This document shows positions 25,343 to 36,277 of a stretch of DNA of 64,000 bases, piece after piece. A program made the position numbers and the translations under genes. The notes under the pieces were generated by a model. The model was not told the DNA's origin and ran no database searches. It worked only from the letters and a program-made list of their open reading frames with translations. Every line of letters starts with the position of its first letter. Positions within the stretch are counted from its first letter, which is position 1. Source of the stretch: Eremomyces bilateralis CBS 781.70 (lineage: Eukaryota); the NCBI GenBank assembly GCA_010015585.1, contig ML975153.1, one strand, 5' to 3'.

Positions 25343-28300
25343 GCGGAGCGACCGCGTGCGATTTGAGGAGCGTGGTGATTTTTCTGTCGTTCGACGGAGC
25401 GGCGCGGCTGAGATGCATCCATCTGCGGTTTATAACATTGCATCTCTTTTCCCATCCGTGAGCGGCCTCCTTACTTATTACGAAACGATCGTTTGCTGTC
25501 CTTTCGCCCTTCTGGTGTGGTTCGCTTGTGGTTTGCAGCGCGGATCTTGCTGTCCGACCTTCCGCATTTGCACGACCTGCCGTGACGTCGCCTACGGTTC
25601 GATACGCAAATCTAATCTGAGCATTTTTTGCGATCCCGGAGCGCTAACCGGGACTCTTGTGGAGGGATTCGACTCGCCGATGTCAAATCGGGCTTTCTCT
25701 CTCTTCTTTTCCTTTCTCTTCTATGTCAAAAAGCAACGGCTACAGCGCCACAGACCATCTAGTCTAAATTTCATCAGATAGAGTCCGTATCTACGCTTTC
25801 ACGGTTGTGGCACCAGGGGTTGCCCGCCTTTGCGTTGCTATGTCGTCTGATACTTGATATCTACTTGATACACGGGGAATGGCAGCGTGTATAAACGTTT
25901 GAAGTCCTCTACAATTGTTCGAACACACGACTGGTACCTGGAATATCGTCCCTGGAGAACCGATATCACCCAGACAGCGTAGTAGATGAAGTGGTTGATA
26001 TCAGGGTCCATTCCGGTTACGCCAGATACCTTCATATATTGTCCGGCGATCATTCCTTTCTCTATGCCGTCGCATTGCTAAATATTCCAATCAAACCAGT
26101 TGAAAGACCAATTGTCCCGTCAATATCTGAACTTCGAGGCTCAACACGGCCAATAGTGAAGGTATCCCCTTGGCTCGGTGGCTAACACTCCCAAGATATG
26201 TCGCATTCGACCATTTACAACGAGGGTATCTAGGAGTTGAGTGTTGAGTATTGACGGCTCCGACTTCCCCCAGGGTCCAACGCAGCGGGGGCGACCGCGT
26301 ACGATAGAGGGGATCAGGAGCGTACGAAGATAACTCGGACTTAGACTCGGTCATGTGACTAAACCACCTATACCCAAATACGTACCGACCGGAATTCCCG
26401 GAGCAGTTTCCGGGCAGGCTATCATTCGATGAAGTGTTGAAGTCAGGATGGCGTTAGAGATGATGAGTAGACGGAGGGCGCGGAATGTCGGACGGGAATC
26501 TCCATGGGTCGATGGGTCGATGCGATTTTGTGAGAGAGTGTTGGGGGGGGGGACTAATTTAGGGGGAGCCAATATTCATTTCTATCAAGAGGTTTCTTTA
26601 AAATATAATAATTCATTCAAATTCTATCCTAGACTCGGTGGTTCGAATGATACCAACTGAATCATTATTCGAGTTCGTTCAGCAGCACGAAGCTGAGTAG
26701 GCACCAAGGCATTCAAGGGTTCTGTTCCATAGATGTCACGTGGATTTGGGGGAGTTATGCTGAGTCAGCGCCCTTGACCAGTTGACCTCATCACCTCTGC
26801 TCTCAAAGCTCAAGGGACAAAGCTCAATTCCAATCTGGAGGGTCGCCAAGGGTCCACGAGGAATGACATCATCGGCCGCACTGCCGGAGTTAGAGCCCAG
26901 AGCGGGTCTTCTTAGTTTCACTCCAAGACGTGAGTCAGTTCCTGGGGAGTAGAAGTCCAATGATAACTCTCGGTAGGTAACTACGACTTAAAGTTACGGA
27001 TACTGCACCCTTGATTGATCGACCTCTCCACTGGACTATCACACGAGCACGAACTACTGCATAGTAAGTGCAGGCGACATGGCACACCTAGGTGCTATCC
27101 CCAGGTCATATCGTCATAGTTCATCCATCGTGTATTCATGTCGATCGATAGGGACGAAAGTCCACTTCATGATTCACCCAACCCTACTGTCGAAAATCAT
27201 CCCGCTGTCGAGGTTTCTGGCTACATATCCTCTGATCCATGATAGTCGTTGTTGAGTATGTCGTATCTCGCGTGCAGGATTCTCCGCGGAAACGAATGAA
27301 ACTACGCTTGCTGGAAGGCAAAGGGTTCTTCCCCATGTGGCAACTAGGTATCGTGGGCTTCCGACCGGCGCAATGGGACTCCTCAGTAAATCACCCACTC
27401 ATGCCCTGATGAAGGCTGAAATAGCAACGGACAGATCTCCGGTAGGAAAAAGGGTAAGGGTCATTGACATCGATTGGGGTCCGACTGCGACAGGCTGCAT
27501 GCCCCCCCGCCACCCCCTCATTCGGTGAGCTGCCCAAACGAGGAAATAGGAGGGGTCCGCAAGAAAGTTCACCTCAGTAGCCGTCAATTGGATCATCAAG
27601 AGAGCGATGTCGACCCAAGGGAACATTGGGATCATCGTCACGGCCTGAATTGGGGACACGGAAGTTTGGCATGCAGGGGATTAATAGCGCGTCTCAGGAA
27701 ATCAGGGTTCAGATTCCATTATTGCGGACCGTTTGGGAAACGTTACGGGCTGGACAAGCAGGATTATGACGCCAGAGCATCGCAAACTCGCAATTGAATG
27801 GAAAAATGGATGGCCCATGGAATCGATAGTTTGCATGCGCCGGCCAGGATGTCCTTGCAGCGCCAGTGCATCGCGAGCGCAGAAGTGGGAACGAACTTCA
27901 ACGGTCAGCCGCCGAATTTCGATACAGCGAGGAAACGGGCATTTTCGAGATCGCCATCCGAAACCTCGATCGCGGGTGGATGGCCGTTGGAGGGGAATCT
28001 CAAGGAATCCTGTTCGCTCGGCGGGCGCTCCATGAGTCCATGCCGGTCCTCCCCTTGCCGTTGCAAGGCGGTGGGTCCGATTGGTTGACGGTCGGGGTTG
28101 AGCTACCGCTGATGTCATGGTGGTTTGGGACTTGGGGAGGGGTGCGACCTGCAAGGTTGCGAAGTGTGAGGAGACGGTAAGTGGCACTAACTGCTGGCGA
28201 TGACGTCGACGGTTGAGTTTGATCATGGATGGGGATGAATTACAGTGCTATGTCTGGACTGGAAGTACTGTATACAAGTACTGTGTTACTGTGTACGGGA

Positions 28301-29891
28301 CTCCCAAGTTCTGCTCCGGAGTGCTCAATGAGAAGAGTATCAAGCAGGCTTAGCTCGGCTACACAATGGAAGTGAGTACAATCCCCATCAGATAGTTAAG
28401 TTAAGGGTTACCAATTACCATATTAAAATTTTGGAGTGAGTTCATCTGGTAGATAGGATTTGCACTGTTGCAGTGGGACTGTGGGAGTGAAGGAATCATT
28501 CCTCCTTGTACGCTTTATAAGTTATAACCTCAGGGTTTATTTTACCAGGGGAAATATGGGTTCATGGGGTGATAGAAATATTGTTATATACTAAAACCGC
28601 CTATGATACCCTCTCATGGTAAATATTACTGATTCGTTCATAATTACAAGATCTATAGAATCAATGGAAAAATCCGTATTACACTAACAATAGTCAATGA
28701 CAAATTGATAATCCATTATCCATTAATATTATCTCGGCTGCCAATTGCTACGTATGGTCTATGACCCTCAATGACAAGCTCTGGGGGGAGGGGGGCTGAC
28801 GCCAAAGCTGTTGGAAACTTGGAAGCGATCGAGATCGAGTTTTCGTCCCGATTATGGTGATCCCATTTGACCATGTCCCGCCCCAATTCCCATGCTTGAT
28901 GCTTGTACAGCAGCCGACACTAGCGATGCAGCCTGGACCTTTCGAAAGCATGATGTCGCCCTGCTTTTTAGTTTGGCCTCTTCCCTTGGCTTCCGAGCAA
29001 TTGGAGGCCGTTTCGTTCCCTCGACTTCCGCTGCGCCCCATTTAATTCCAATCGTCGAACCCTGGATCTGCTGGGACGCTGGGACGCTGGGCCGAAAGGT
29101 ACAAACCCTTCGTCTCTCCCCCCACTCCTCCGACTCCCCTCCATCATCATTACCCTTCTATTGTCGACCCCTCGGACTTTCGCTCTTCATCCTGTCTGGA
29201 ATCCACAGTGATCTTGTTCACCCTTTGGTTCTTCCCCTCGTTCTACCCTCGTTTCCCCCATCCATTTTGTTCCATACCCGCGACCACTCTCAGCTGTAAC
29301 CAGTACATCACCACTCCCCCTCATCCCCCGGTTCACTAGAAGTATTATTCCCTTTCGACCCTCAAAACGTCCCCTCCACCTATTCCTACAGCCTTCGGGG
29401 TCCCATCGTGAGCTCATTCTTGCATGGAAACAAACGCTTCGATCGGGTCCAGCTCTCGAACTCGCGGGTCTCTCCACCGTCGACCCTCTCGTACCCCTTC
29501 AGCTTCAAAGTCTGCTGAACCACTGTGGAGACCAGATCGAGCTGGATCATCCCACTGATTTTGCAAGACCGTATCAATTGGGACATAAAGCATCCACTTG
29601 GCCAGGTCGAATTTTCTCACATCGATACATTTTCTTCTGGTCCATGAAGTCTAGGCACGAGACGTCGGCTTCCCGCTTCCCCTCCTCTTATTGCATATAT
29701 ACTCCCTTGCCTTCCCCAGTCACCATCGTGCAAGGTTGAATTTCCATTGAACAAATCCATGGTGAATCCACGGTGAAGATTCGAAACATAAGACCCTCCG
29801 AAGAGTCGAAAGAGCCTCCTACACCCAGGGACCTCCTTCGTCTTCCCCCCGTGCTTCCTCCCGCTACTTTCACCTTCGCTTTCCATTCATC

Positions 29892-31382
29892 ATGGATGGC
29901 CGAAATAGCGCAGGCCGCCGAATTTCGCTGTTGAACGACACCAATTCACCGCCGTCAGCCGCCACACGCGGTCCTCCCTCCCGCTCGGCTCTACACACTC
30001 TCAACAAGGTCACCCGCCCTCCCATCTCCAACTTCCTTTCCTGCCACAACTCGTCCATCGCATCCGTCACCACCAAACTCTCGGAGTGTCGCATCCCCTC
30101 GCTGCCCTCGCGTTCCCGCACCTGCAGCTTCTCCTCCTCCTCCGACACGCCGCAGCTCGTGCGCTGCGACTCGTCCGATTCGGCCGCGATGCAGTCCCCG
30201 TCGCCCATCACCCCCAATTCGAGCACCTTCGACGACCTTCAACCGCAGGATCCCGCCGGCATCGCGAACAACCTTCCTCTCTTCCCCACCAGCTCAAACC
30301 TCTACGGCGTACCGAAGGACGGGCAGTCGACGTATCCGCCGTTGAACGCGCAGCCGAGCCCGTACACATTCGGCTACCAACCATCACAACCTCCGGTGCA
30401 GCAAATGTACAAGACGGGATTATCGCCGCCGGACGCCAATGGCACCGTCGCGCAAATCGACGATTCCCTCCCCGACGATCCCATCATTTCTGCCGAAACA
30501 CCCCAATCCGACGTCGGCGCGACATCCCGGCGCAGCAGCGCCCAAAAGTCGAAGAAAAACACCTACCCATGCCCGCTCGCCAAACAATTCAATTGCAACG
30601 ACTACTTCACGACGTCCGGCCACGCGGCGCGCCACTCCAAGAAACACACGGGGAAGAAGGACGCCGTGTGCCCGCAATGCCACAAGGCGTTCACGCGCAA
30701 GGACAACATGGAGCAACACCGCCGCACGCACAAGGAGGGTCGCGGCTCAGTGGCCTCCGCGGCCAAGACGAGCCTCGCGCCCACCGATTCCGGCGTGAAG
30801 AAAGGCCGCCCGTCGACGACAGCCACGCGACGGAGCAAGGCCAACTCCCTCCTTGCAATCTCGCCGCCCGCTACACAATCTCTCCTCGGGACCGGCGCGT
30901 CTGGTTCTAGCTTTCCTCTGGGTTCGACCCTTCCTTCCGATCCGTCGCAGATGTCGTCTAGCTACCCCTACAACACGCCGCTCGATTCTGGGCTCCCGAT
31001 GCCTTCGCTTGGCGCCCCGCAGCCCTATCCCACCAACTTCCTCGGACGATTACCGTACACGGGTGTCTCTGGGGCGTCTGGGCAAGGATTGCCGCCGGTC
31101 AGGGCAGCGCCGGGGGTGACCTCCGGGCTCGAGACGCTGGCGATCGCCGCAGCGAGCGATGGCACGCTGGAACAACAGGCATTGCAAGCTTCAATGCAAG
31201 CTCCGTTGCAAGCTCCGTTGCAAAATCAATTGCAGGGTCAATTGCAGGGTCAATTGCAGGGTCAATTGCAGGGTCAATTGCAGGGTTCGTTTCCCAGCCA
31301 ATTGCAAGGCCAATTGCAGAATCAATTGCAACCTCCGTTGCAGAGCCAATTGCAAGGTCCAGTATCCGACCCATTGCAATAA
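29892..31382 (+). CDS. Two-finger C2H2 transcription factor, Nrg1-like
   Basis: 496-aa ORF with YPCPLAKQFNCNDYFTTSGHAARHSKKHTGKKDAVCPQCHKAFTRKDNMEQHRRTH. The FTTSGH.ARH and R.DN..QH.RTH residues resemble Nrg1/Nrg2. Also an LETLAIAA motif and a Q-rich tail. Confidence 0.88.
   Translation: MDGRNSAGRRISLLNDTNSPPSAATRGPPSRSALHTLNKVTRPPISNFLSCHNSSIASVTTKLSECRIPSLPSRSRTCSFSSSSDTPQLVRCDSSDSAAMQSPSPITPNSSTFDDLQPQDPAGIANNLPLFPTSSNLYGVPKDGQSTYPPLNAQPSPYTFGYQPSQPPVQQMYKTGLSPPDANGTVAQIDDSLPDDPIISAETPQSDVGATSRRSSAQKSKKNTYPCPLAKQFNCNDYFTTSGHAARHSKKHTGKKDAVCPQCHKAFTRKDNMEQHRRTHKEGRGSVASAAKTSLAPTDSGVKKGRPSTTATRRSKANSLLAISPPATQSLLGTGASGSSFPLGSTLPSDPSQMSSSYPYNTPLDSGLPMPSLGAPQPYPTNFLGRLPYTGVSGASGQGLPPVRAAPGVTSGLETLAIAAASDGTLEQQALQASMQAPLQAPLQNQLQGQLQGQLQGQLQGQLQGSFPSQLQGQLQNQLQPPLQSQLQGPVSDPLQ
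31182..31379 (+). repeat. Coding 12-bp minisatellite (CAATTGCAGGGT and variants) encoding (LQxQ/LQxP)n
   Basis: Perfect CAATTGCAGGGT units at about 31227-31285 flanked by diverged units (TTGCAAGCTCCG, TTGCAGAATCAA). Translates as LQGQLQGQLQGQ. Confidence 0.9.
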
Positions 31383-31575
31383 AATCCAATAAGCCTGGAC
31401 ACGAAATAGTCCGATTCTTCCTTCCGCTCGCGCCTCGCCGTCGCGGAAGGCTCTCGCATCCTACAAAATCCTTAGCGCGTATCGGCGGTGGAGACCCGAC
31501 AAACCGCGTCTCCCAACCGAACCATCTGAGGGTGAAAGACCCTGTATTCATACCGAAATCCACGAGTGCGGTGAC

Positions 31576-31731
31576 CTCATCGCTCAGCTCCCGGATTTTT
31601 CTCTCTTTTTGATCAACAATAGATCCAAGTCACGTGAGTGCCACGTGGTACACGTGAACATGCCGCATGTGCCACAGGCGGCGCTTTGGATTATCCAATC
31701 AGCGAAGTCGAATTTTGACTTCATCTCATCG
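31576..31731. promoter_or_regulatory. Orphan promoter-like cluster: PAC motifs, three E-boxes, CCAAT, RRPE-like AATTTT
   Basis: CTCATCGC at 31576-31583; CACGTG at 31631, 31642 and 31651; CCAAT at 31695; AATTTT at 31711; ATCTCATCG at 31723-31731. It lies between two convergent gene 3' ends. Confidence 0.55.
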
Positions 31732-32037
31732 TCGCCTTGACAGGTCTGTTGGTCCTTTCAGGACAGCGAGGAGGGGGCAATGAACCCTTCCGCCCTCTCC
31801 CTTTCTTCCACCCGACTGAAGCAGAAGGGCCGGTGGTCGACCTACGGACTTCGGGGTCCACGCCGCATGACATTGTTTGGAATCACCTATTTCGCATCAC
31901 CTCTCTTCGCACAGGGTTTCTCCGTCGGATTTTCGAAGAGATGGCGATTGTATGAGACCATGAAATAGACGGATTCGGCCGTCATGGCTCGCCTGATGAT
32001 CTGGGCGCGTGGGAGCGCGGACGGAGCGGTTTTTTTC
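31720..32037 (+). ncRNA. Candidate structured ncRNA (snoRNA-like), family not identified
   Basis: Lies downstream of the promoter-like cluster. Possible intron 31744-31824; hairpins at 31846-31859, 31902-31941 and 31958-31987; CTGATGA at 31993-31999; T7 run at 32030-32036; no convincing ORF. Confidence 0.3.
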
Positions 32038-32441
32038 CTTCCTGGATTTCTCGTTATCGTTTGGGGAAATGGGTGGCTCGGGGTGAGCCCGGAGCATACA
32101 TACGGGATGGACTTTAGGCGTTTACAGGTGGGGGGGGGGGACGGGATTGACAAGCAAAAGCGCCAATGTATCCATACATAGGTTGAGGGACGGGAATAAT
32201 GGGTGATTGGAGACGACATTGTTAGACGTGTTCATATCATAATCAAACGATTCCCTTGTAATTTGATCGTGCAATTTTCGCAGATGATTTGGTCGTTTAC
32301 CAAACCGACGTATATAGTGCAACTGATGCATGTTCGGATCAGTCCATTCCGGAAGTCATACCAATATCATACATTTGAGATAGAGCCATGTATCTGCTCA
32401 TAACGAGCGACTCGCTCAAAACGTCGCCACGTCAATCCTGA

Positions 32442-33447
32442 TCACACCTTCCGCTTCCGTTTCTTGAAAACCACTGCACCCTCTTCTGTCTTCCGCACAG
32501 TAGTCTCCTCCGCCTTGACAATCGTCTCCGCCCGCCCCTCAACATCCCTCCCATCCTTCGCAGCCACCGACTCCTTTTCCTCCTCCGCCTCGATCTGTCG
32601 GTCCACTTCCTCTTTCACCACCTTCTTCTCTCCCTCTCCCTCCTCCTCCACCTGCGTCCCCCCAACCGATCCCGCCAATAACGCCTCCAACTCTCTCCCC
32701 CCATCCACCCCCGACCCCCCAGGCCACCTCCTCAACGTGCTCCCCCAATTCTTTGTCCCCACCTTCCCCACCTCCTCCTCCTCATCCCCTCCTCTTTCCT
32801 CCACCTTCCGTTTCCTTCTCCGCTCCACCCCTCCACTCGACCTCTCCCCTTCCTCTCCTTCCCTCNNNNNNNNNNNNNNNNNNNNNNNNNNNNNNNNNNN
32901 NNNNNNNNNNNNNNNNNNNNNNNNNNNNNNNNNNNNNNNNNNNNNNNNNNNNNNNNNNNNNNNNNNNNNNNNNNNNNNNNNNNNNNNNNNNNNNNNNNNN
33001 CCACTCCCCCGCCATCGCCATCTCCCCCCGAAACTCCTCCGGCACTGCCACCCCCATCTCCGCCAACTGCGCCATCTGCCGCTTCCTCTCCTCCGTCGTC
33101 GCCTGCCGTGGCCTCTCCCTATCCCTCTCCGTTCGCCCAATCACTCCTTCCGCCTTCGAGCTAGACGGCGCCCCCCCGGAGACCAGGGCATCGAGCCGTG
33201 CGACCTCGGACTTGGCGCGGTCCTTCTCGCGCGCGTCGCGCTCATGCGTGCGGTGGAGGGATTTGAGGGAGCGTTGGATGCCGGATTGGTGGCGGCCGGT
33301 GGCTTCGTGGTTGCGCCGGGCGAAGGGGGTGTCGCGGACGTAGACGCTACAGAATTTGCACCAGTAGTTGGGCTGTAGGGAGGTTAGAGATCCTGGGTAG
33401 AGAGGGTTTGGAGGGGGACTTACGGTGGATTTCCAGTGTTCGGACAT
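32442..33447 (-). CDS. U1/matrin-type zinc-finger protein (WBP4/FBP21-like spliceosomal factor); spans an assembly gap
   Basis: MSEHWKST|intron|PNYWCKFCSVYVRDTPFARRNHEATGRHQSGIQRSL...QLAEMGVAVPEEFRGEMAMAGEW, with a C-terminal VVFKKRKRKV NLS-like end. Confidence 0.85.
32866..33000. other. Assembly gap (135 N)
   Basis: Run of N inside a very C-rich (+ strand) coding segment. Confidence 1.
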
Positions 33448-33815
33448 CGTGAGGTGGAGATGGGTAGTGGGGATAGGACGTGGGTTTGGTGAGGGAAATG
33501 TGGAAGGTATTGGAGATGGGAGGCAAGGAACGATGGTCTTCACTACACCAAGGAATTATGCGATGTCCTTCCTTTGCAGCATTTTGTGTATGAAAATCTC
33601 GTGTGATAAATAATAACCCCATTCTACGAAGATGCCGATGGATGATCATTATCAACTCATAATAGGTGACGCACGGGCCATTCGAAAATGTGTCGATATC
33701 ACAACTTCGTAACTCTTAACTTCAAATGCTTCCACGAGACCACGACACCTTAAGCTTCCATCAAATCTCCTCAGGTCCACCACTTCACCCTCCTTTCGCT
33801 CCCAATCTCTCCAAG

Positions 33816-35152
33816 ATGGCACCAGCTGCTCCCCGCGCGGCTGGCGTCGCCGTCCGCACCGCCCTCCAATCCCCCCGATCTCGCGCCCTCCCCTCCCTCC
33901 CCCGATCCCTTCCCGCCTCCCTCGCTCTCGCCCGATCCTTCACCCAACTCACCAACCAAAATGCTCCCGCCAACTCCTCGATCTTTGGGCTGCCCAGTGG
34001 CCCCGGCGGAAGCAGCGGTGGCGGCGCCCCGCCGGCGTCGTATTTCCAGAAACCGACGCTGCCGGCGAACACGATCGTGCGGTTCGTGCCGCAGCAGACA
34101 GCGTGGATCGTGGAGCGGATGGGGAAGTTCAACAAGATCTTGGAGCCCGGGTTGGCGATCTTGGTGCCGTTTTTGGATCGGATCGCGTACGTCAAGAGCT
34201 TGAAGGAGGCGGCGATTGAGATCCCGAGTCAGAGTGCGATCACGGCGGACAACGTGACATTGGAGTTGGATGGGGTGTTGTATACGCGGGTGTTCGACGC
34301 ATACAAAGCAAGGTAGATAATATACGGTGATATCCTTTTCGAAGACCGCCGAGCTAACATCCAACCAGTTACGGAGTCGAAGACGCCGAATACGCCATCT
34401 CCCAGCTCGCGCAAACCACCATGCGCAGCGAAATCGGCCAACTCACCCTCGACCACGTCCTCAAAGAGCGCGCTAACCTCAACGCCAACATCACCGCCGC
34501 CATCAACGAAGCCGCCCAGGACTGGGGCGTCGTGTGCCTCCGCTACGAGATCCGCGACATCCACGCGCCCGGCCCCGTCGTCGAGGCCATGCACCGCCAG
34601 GTGACCGCGGAGCGCAGCAAGCGCGCCGAGATCCTCGACTCCGAGGGCCAGCGGCAGAGCGCGATCAACATCGCCGAGGGCCGGAAGCAGAGCGTGATTC
34701 TCGCGTCGGAGGCCCTGCGGGCCGAGCAGATCAACCGCGCGAGCGGTGAGGCGGAGGCGATCCAGGTGCGGGCACGGGCGACGGCGGCGGGGATCGAGGC
34801 GGTGTCCGGGGCGATTCGGGACGGGGGGGAGGATGCGGGGAAGGCGATGGGGTTGAGCGTGGCGGAGAAGTATGTGGATGCGTGGGGGAAGCTGGCGAAG
34901 GAGGGGACGGCGGTAGTGGTGCCGGGCAATGTGGGAGATATGGGCGGGATGATTGCGAGCGCTATGGCCGTGTATGGGAAGATCAGCGACGGGCAGTCGA
35001 AGGGGGTGGCGGCGAGGTTGGTGGAGGGCGGCGAGAAGGAGACAGGGGCGGAACGGAGCGAGCAGAGACAGACGGAAGGTAACGCAGGTCAGAAGCGCGA
35101 AGTGGCACAGGATGTGTTGGATACGTTCGACGAGGCGACGCAGAACCGGTAG
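33816..35152 (+). CDS. Stomatin-like (SLP-2/SPFH, band 7) protein, probably mitochondrial; one intron at about 34312-34368
   Basis: Arg/Ala/Ser-rich presequence-like N-terminus; IVRFVPQQTAWIVERMGKFNKILEPGLAILVPFLDRIAYVKSLKE, AQTTMRSEIGQL, CLRYEIRDI, AERSKRAEILDSEGQRQSAINIAEG. Confidence 0.92.
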
Positions 35153-36277
35153 GAGGCGTACGGACGATCGTGATTCATTCCGCTCTTCCTCGACTTCGCA
35201 TTCCATCGGAACAGCATTGGGCATTGGTGTTGGTCGGCGTTGTGTTGTTCCACTCCTGTCTACACTGTACTGATCAGGTCACTTGTACTACATACCTTCT
35301 CAAACACTGGACTTGTCAAGACCACTTGTACATTACCCAAACGCGGAGCATAGCTACAATTCGAATCAACACTCTCAAGAGTCGGTTTCATCTCGCCCGA
35401 TTGCACCGAGCGACCACCTCATCAAGGGAACCAAGATTTTTGAAAACTTCTTTTTTCTGCCATCCATTCGTGAGTTAAAAGCTAACTACACATCAACAAG
35501 CAGCAACTGCCTGGAAACAAAACACCGTCCTTAATGCTTTTTTGTTAAAAGAAATCTATCAAGAGTCGAGGTATTTGGAGCCCCCGCGGCCATCCTGCCG
35601 CAAAAGAAGTTCCCGCACCTTCGGAAACCCTCCCGTTCCCATGGTGCCGTGGATGTTGTGGGAGCGGGTCCTCGGCCGTGTACATACAAGCCAGTGGGTA
35701 GTAGTCTGCGTGCGTAACGAAACAGGGACGATGGACGGAGCGCAAGAGGTAATGGTTGAATGGGCGCGGGCGCATGCGCATGCGCGGGAAATGAGAACAG
35801 AACGCCGTGATGTAAGTTTTCGACCGTGCTGGAATGCCGGAATGCAGCAATGGACGTGGTGCGGTGTGGGGTCAAAGGAAAAGGGAGACAAGATGTGCGA
35901 CGGTACAGGGGACGCTCGTTGCTCTCAAACAATCGGCAAAACGCCGCGAGGAGCACCGTCGGAAAACATGAGGGGCGCGCTGGCTGAGCTGCCTCGCAGC
36001 AGGGCATCCGAGGGAATGCATGGTGCATGCTGGAAGAACAATACCGAGCAATGGGGTCCCGCCCAATCCTTGTCCTCGCACGGTATCAAGAGAATGTAAT
36101 CGTACATATACAGGTTCGACTGCGCGTCGGTGCAGCCACACGGTCGGCGTTCCATACACGAGCGCAAAAGTCGCTAGCGGAGGCACCAAGACATTAAACG
36201 GAACGAGCAGGATCTCCGCGATCCATCCCGCGACGTGACGAGCAAGGGGAATGCGTGGGGTGAGAGCGCCGCCCACA

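Noticed and set aside
27474..28226. Overlapping 100-170 aa ORFs in the intergenic region
   Set aside because: Mostly non-ATG starts, no recognisable domain and no consistent splice model.
11800..29800. Telomerase RNA in the long intergenic regions
   Set aside because: No TAACCCTAA-type template found on either strand; only partial matches such as TAAGGGTTA at about 28402.
31099..31563. Alternative-frame repeat ORFs (PAIDPAID, NCRVNCRV, LQLTLQLT)
   Set aside because: By-products of the stop-free 12-bp repeat; only the LQGQ frame is continuous with the C2H2 gene.
31836..31853. GTCGACCTAC...CTTC resembling the U3 snoRNA 5' end
   Set aside because: Box A (GGATCATTTCT) and box B are absent, so I do not call it U3.
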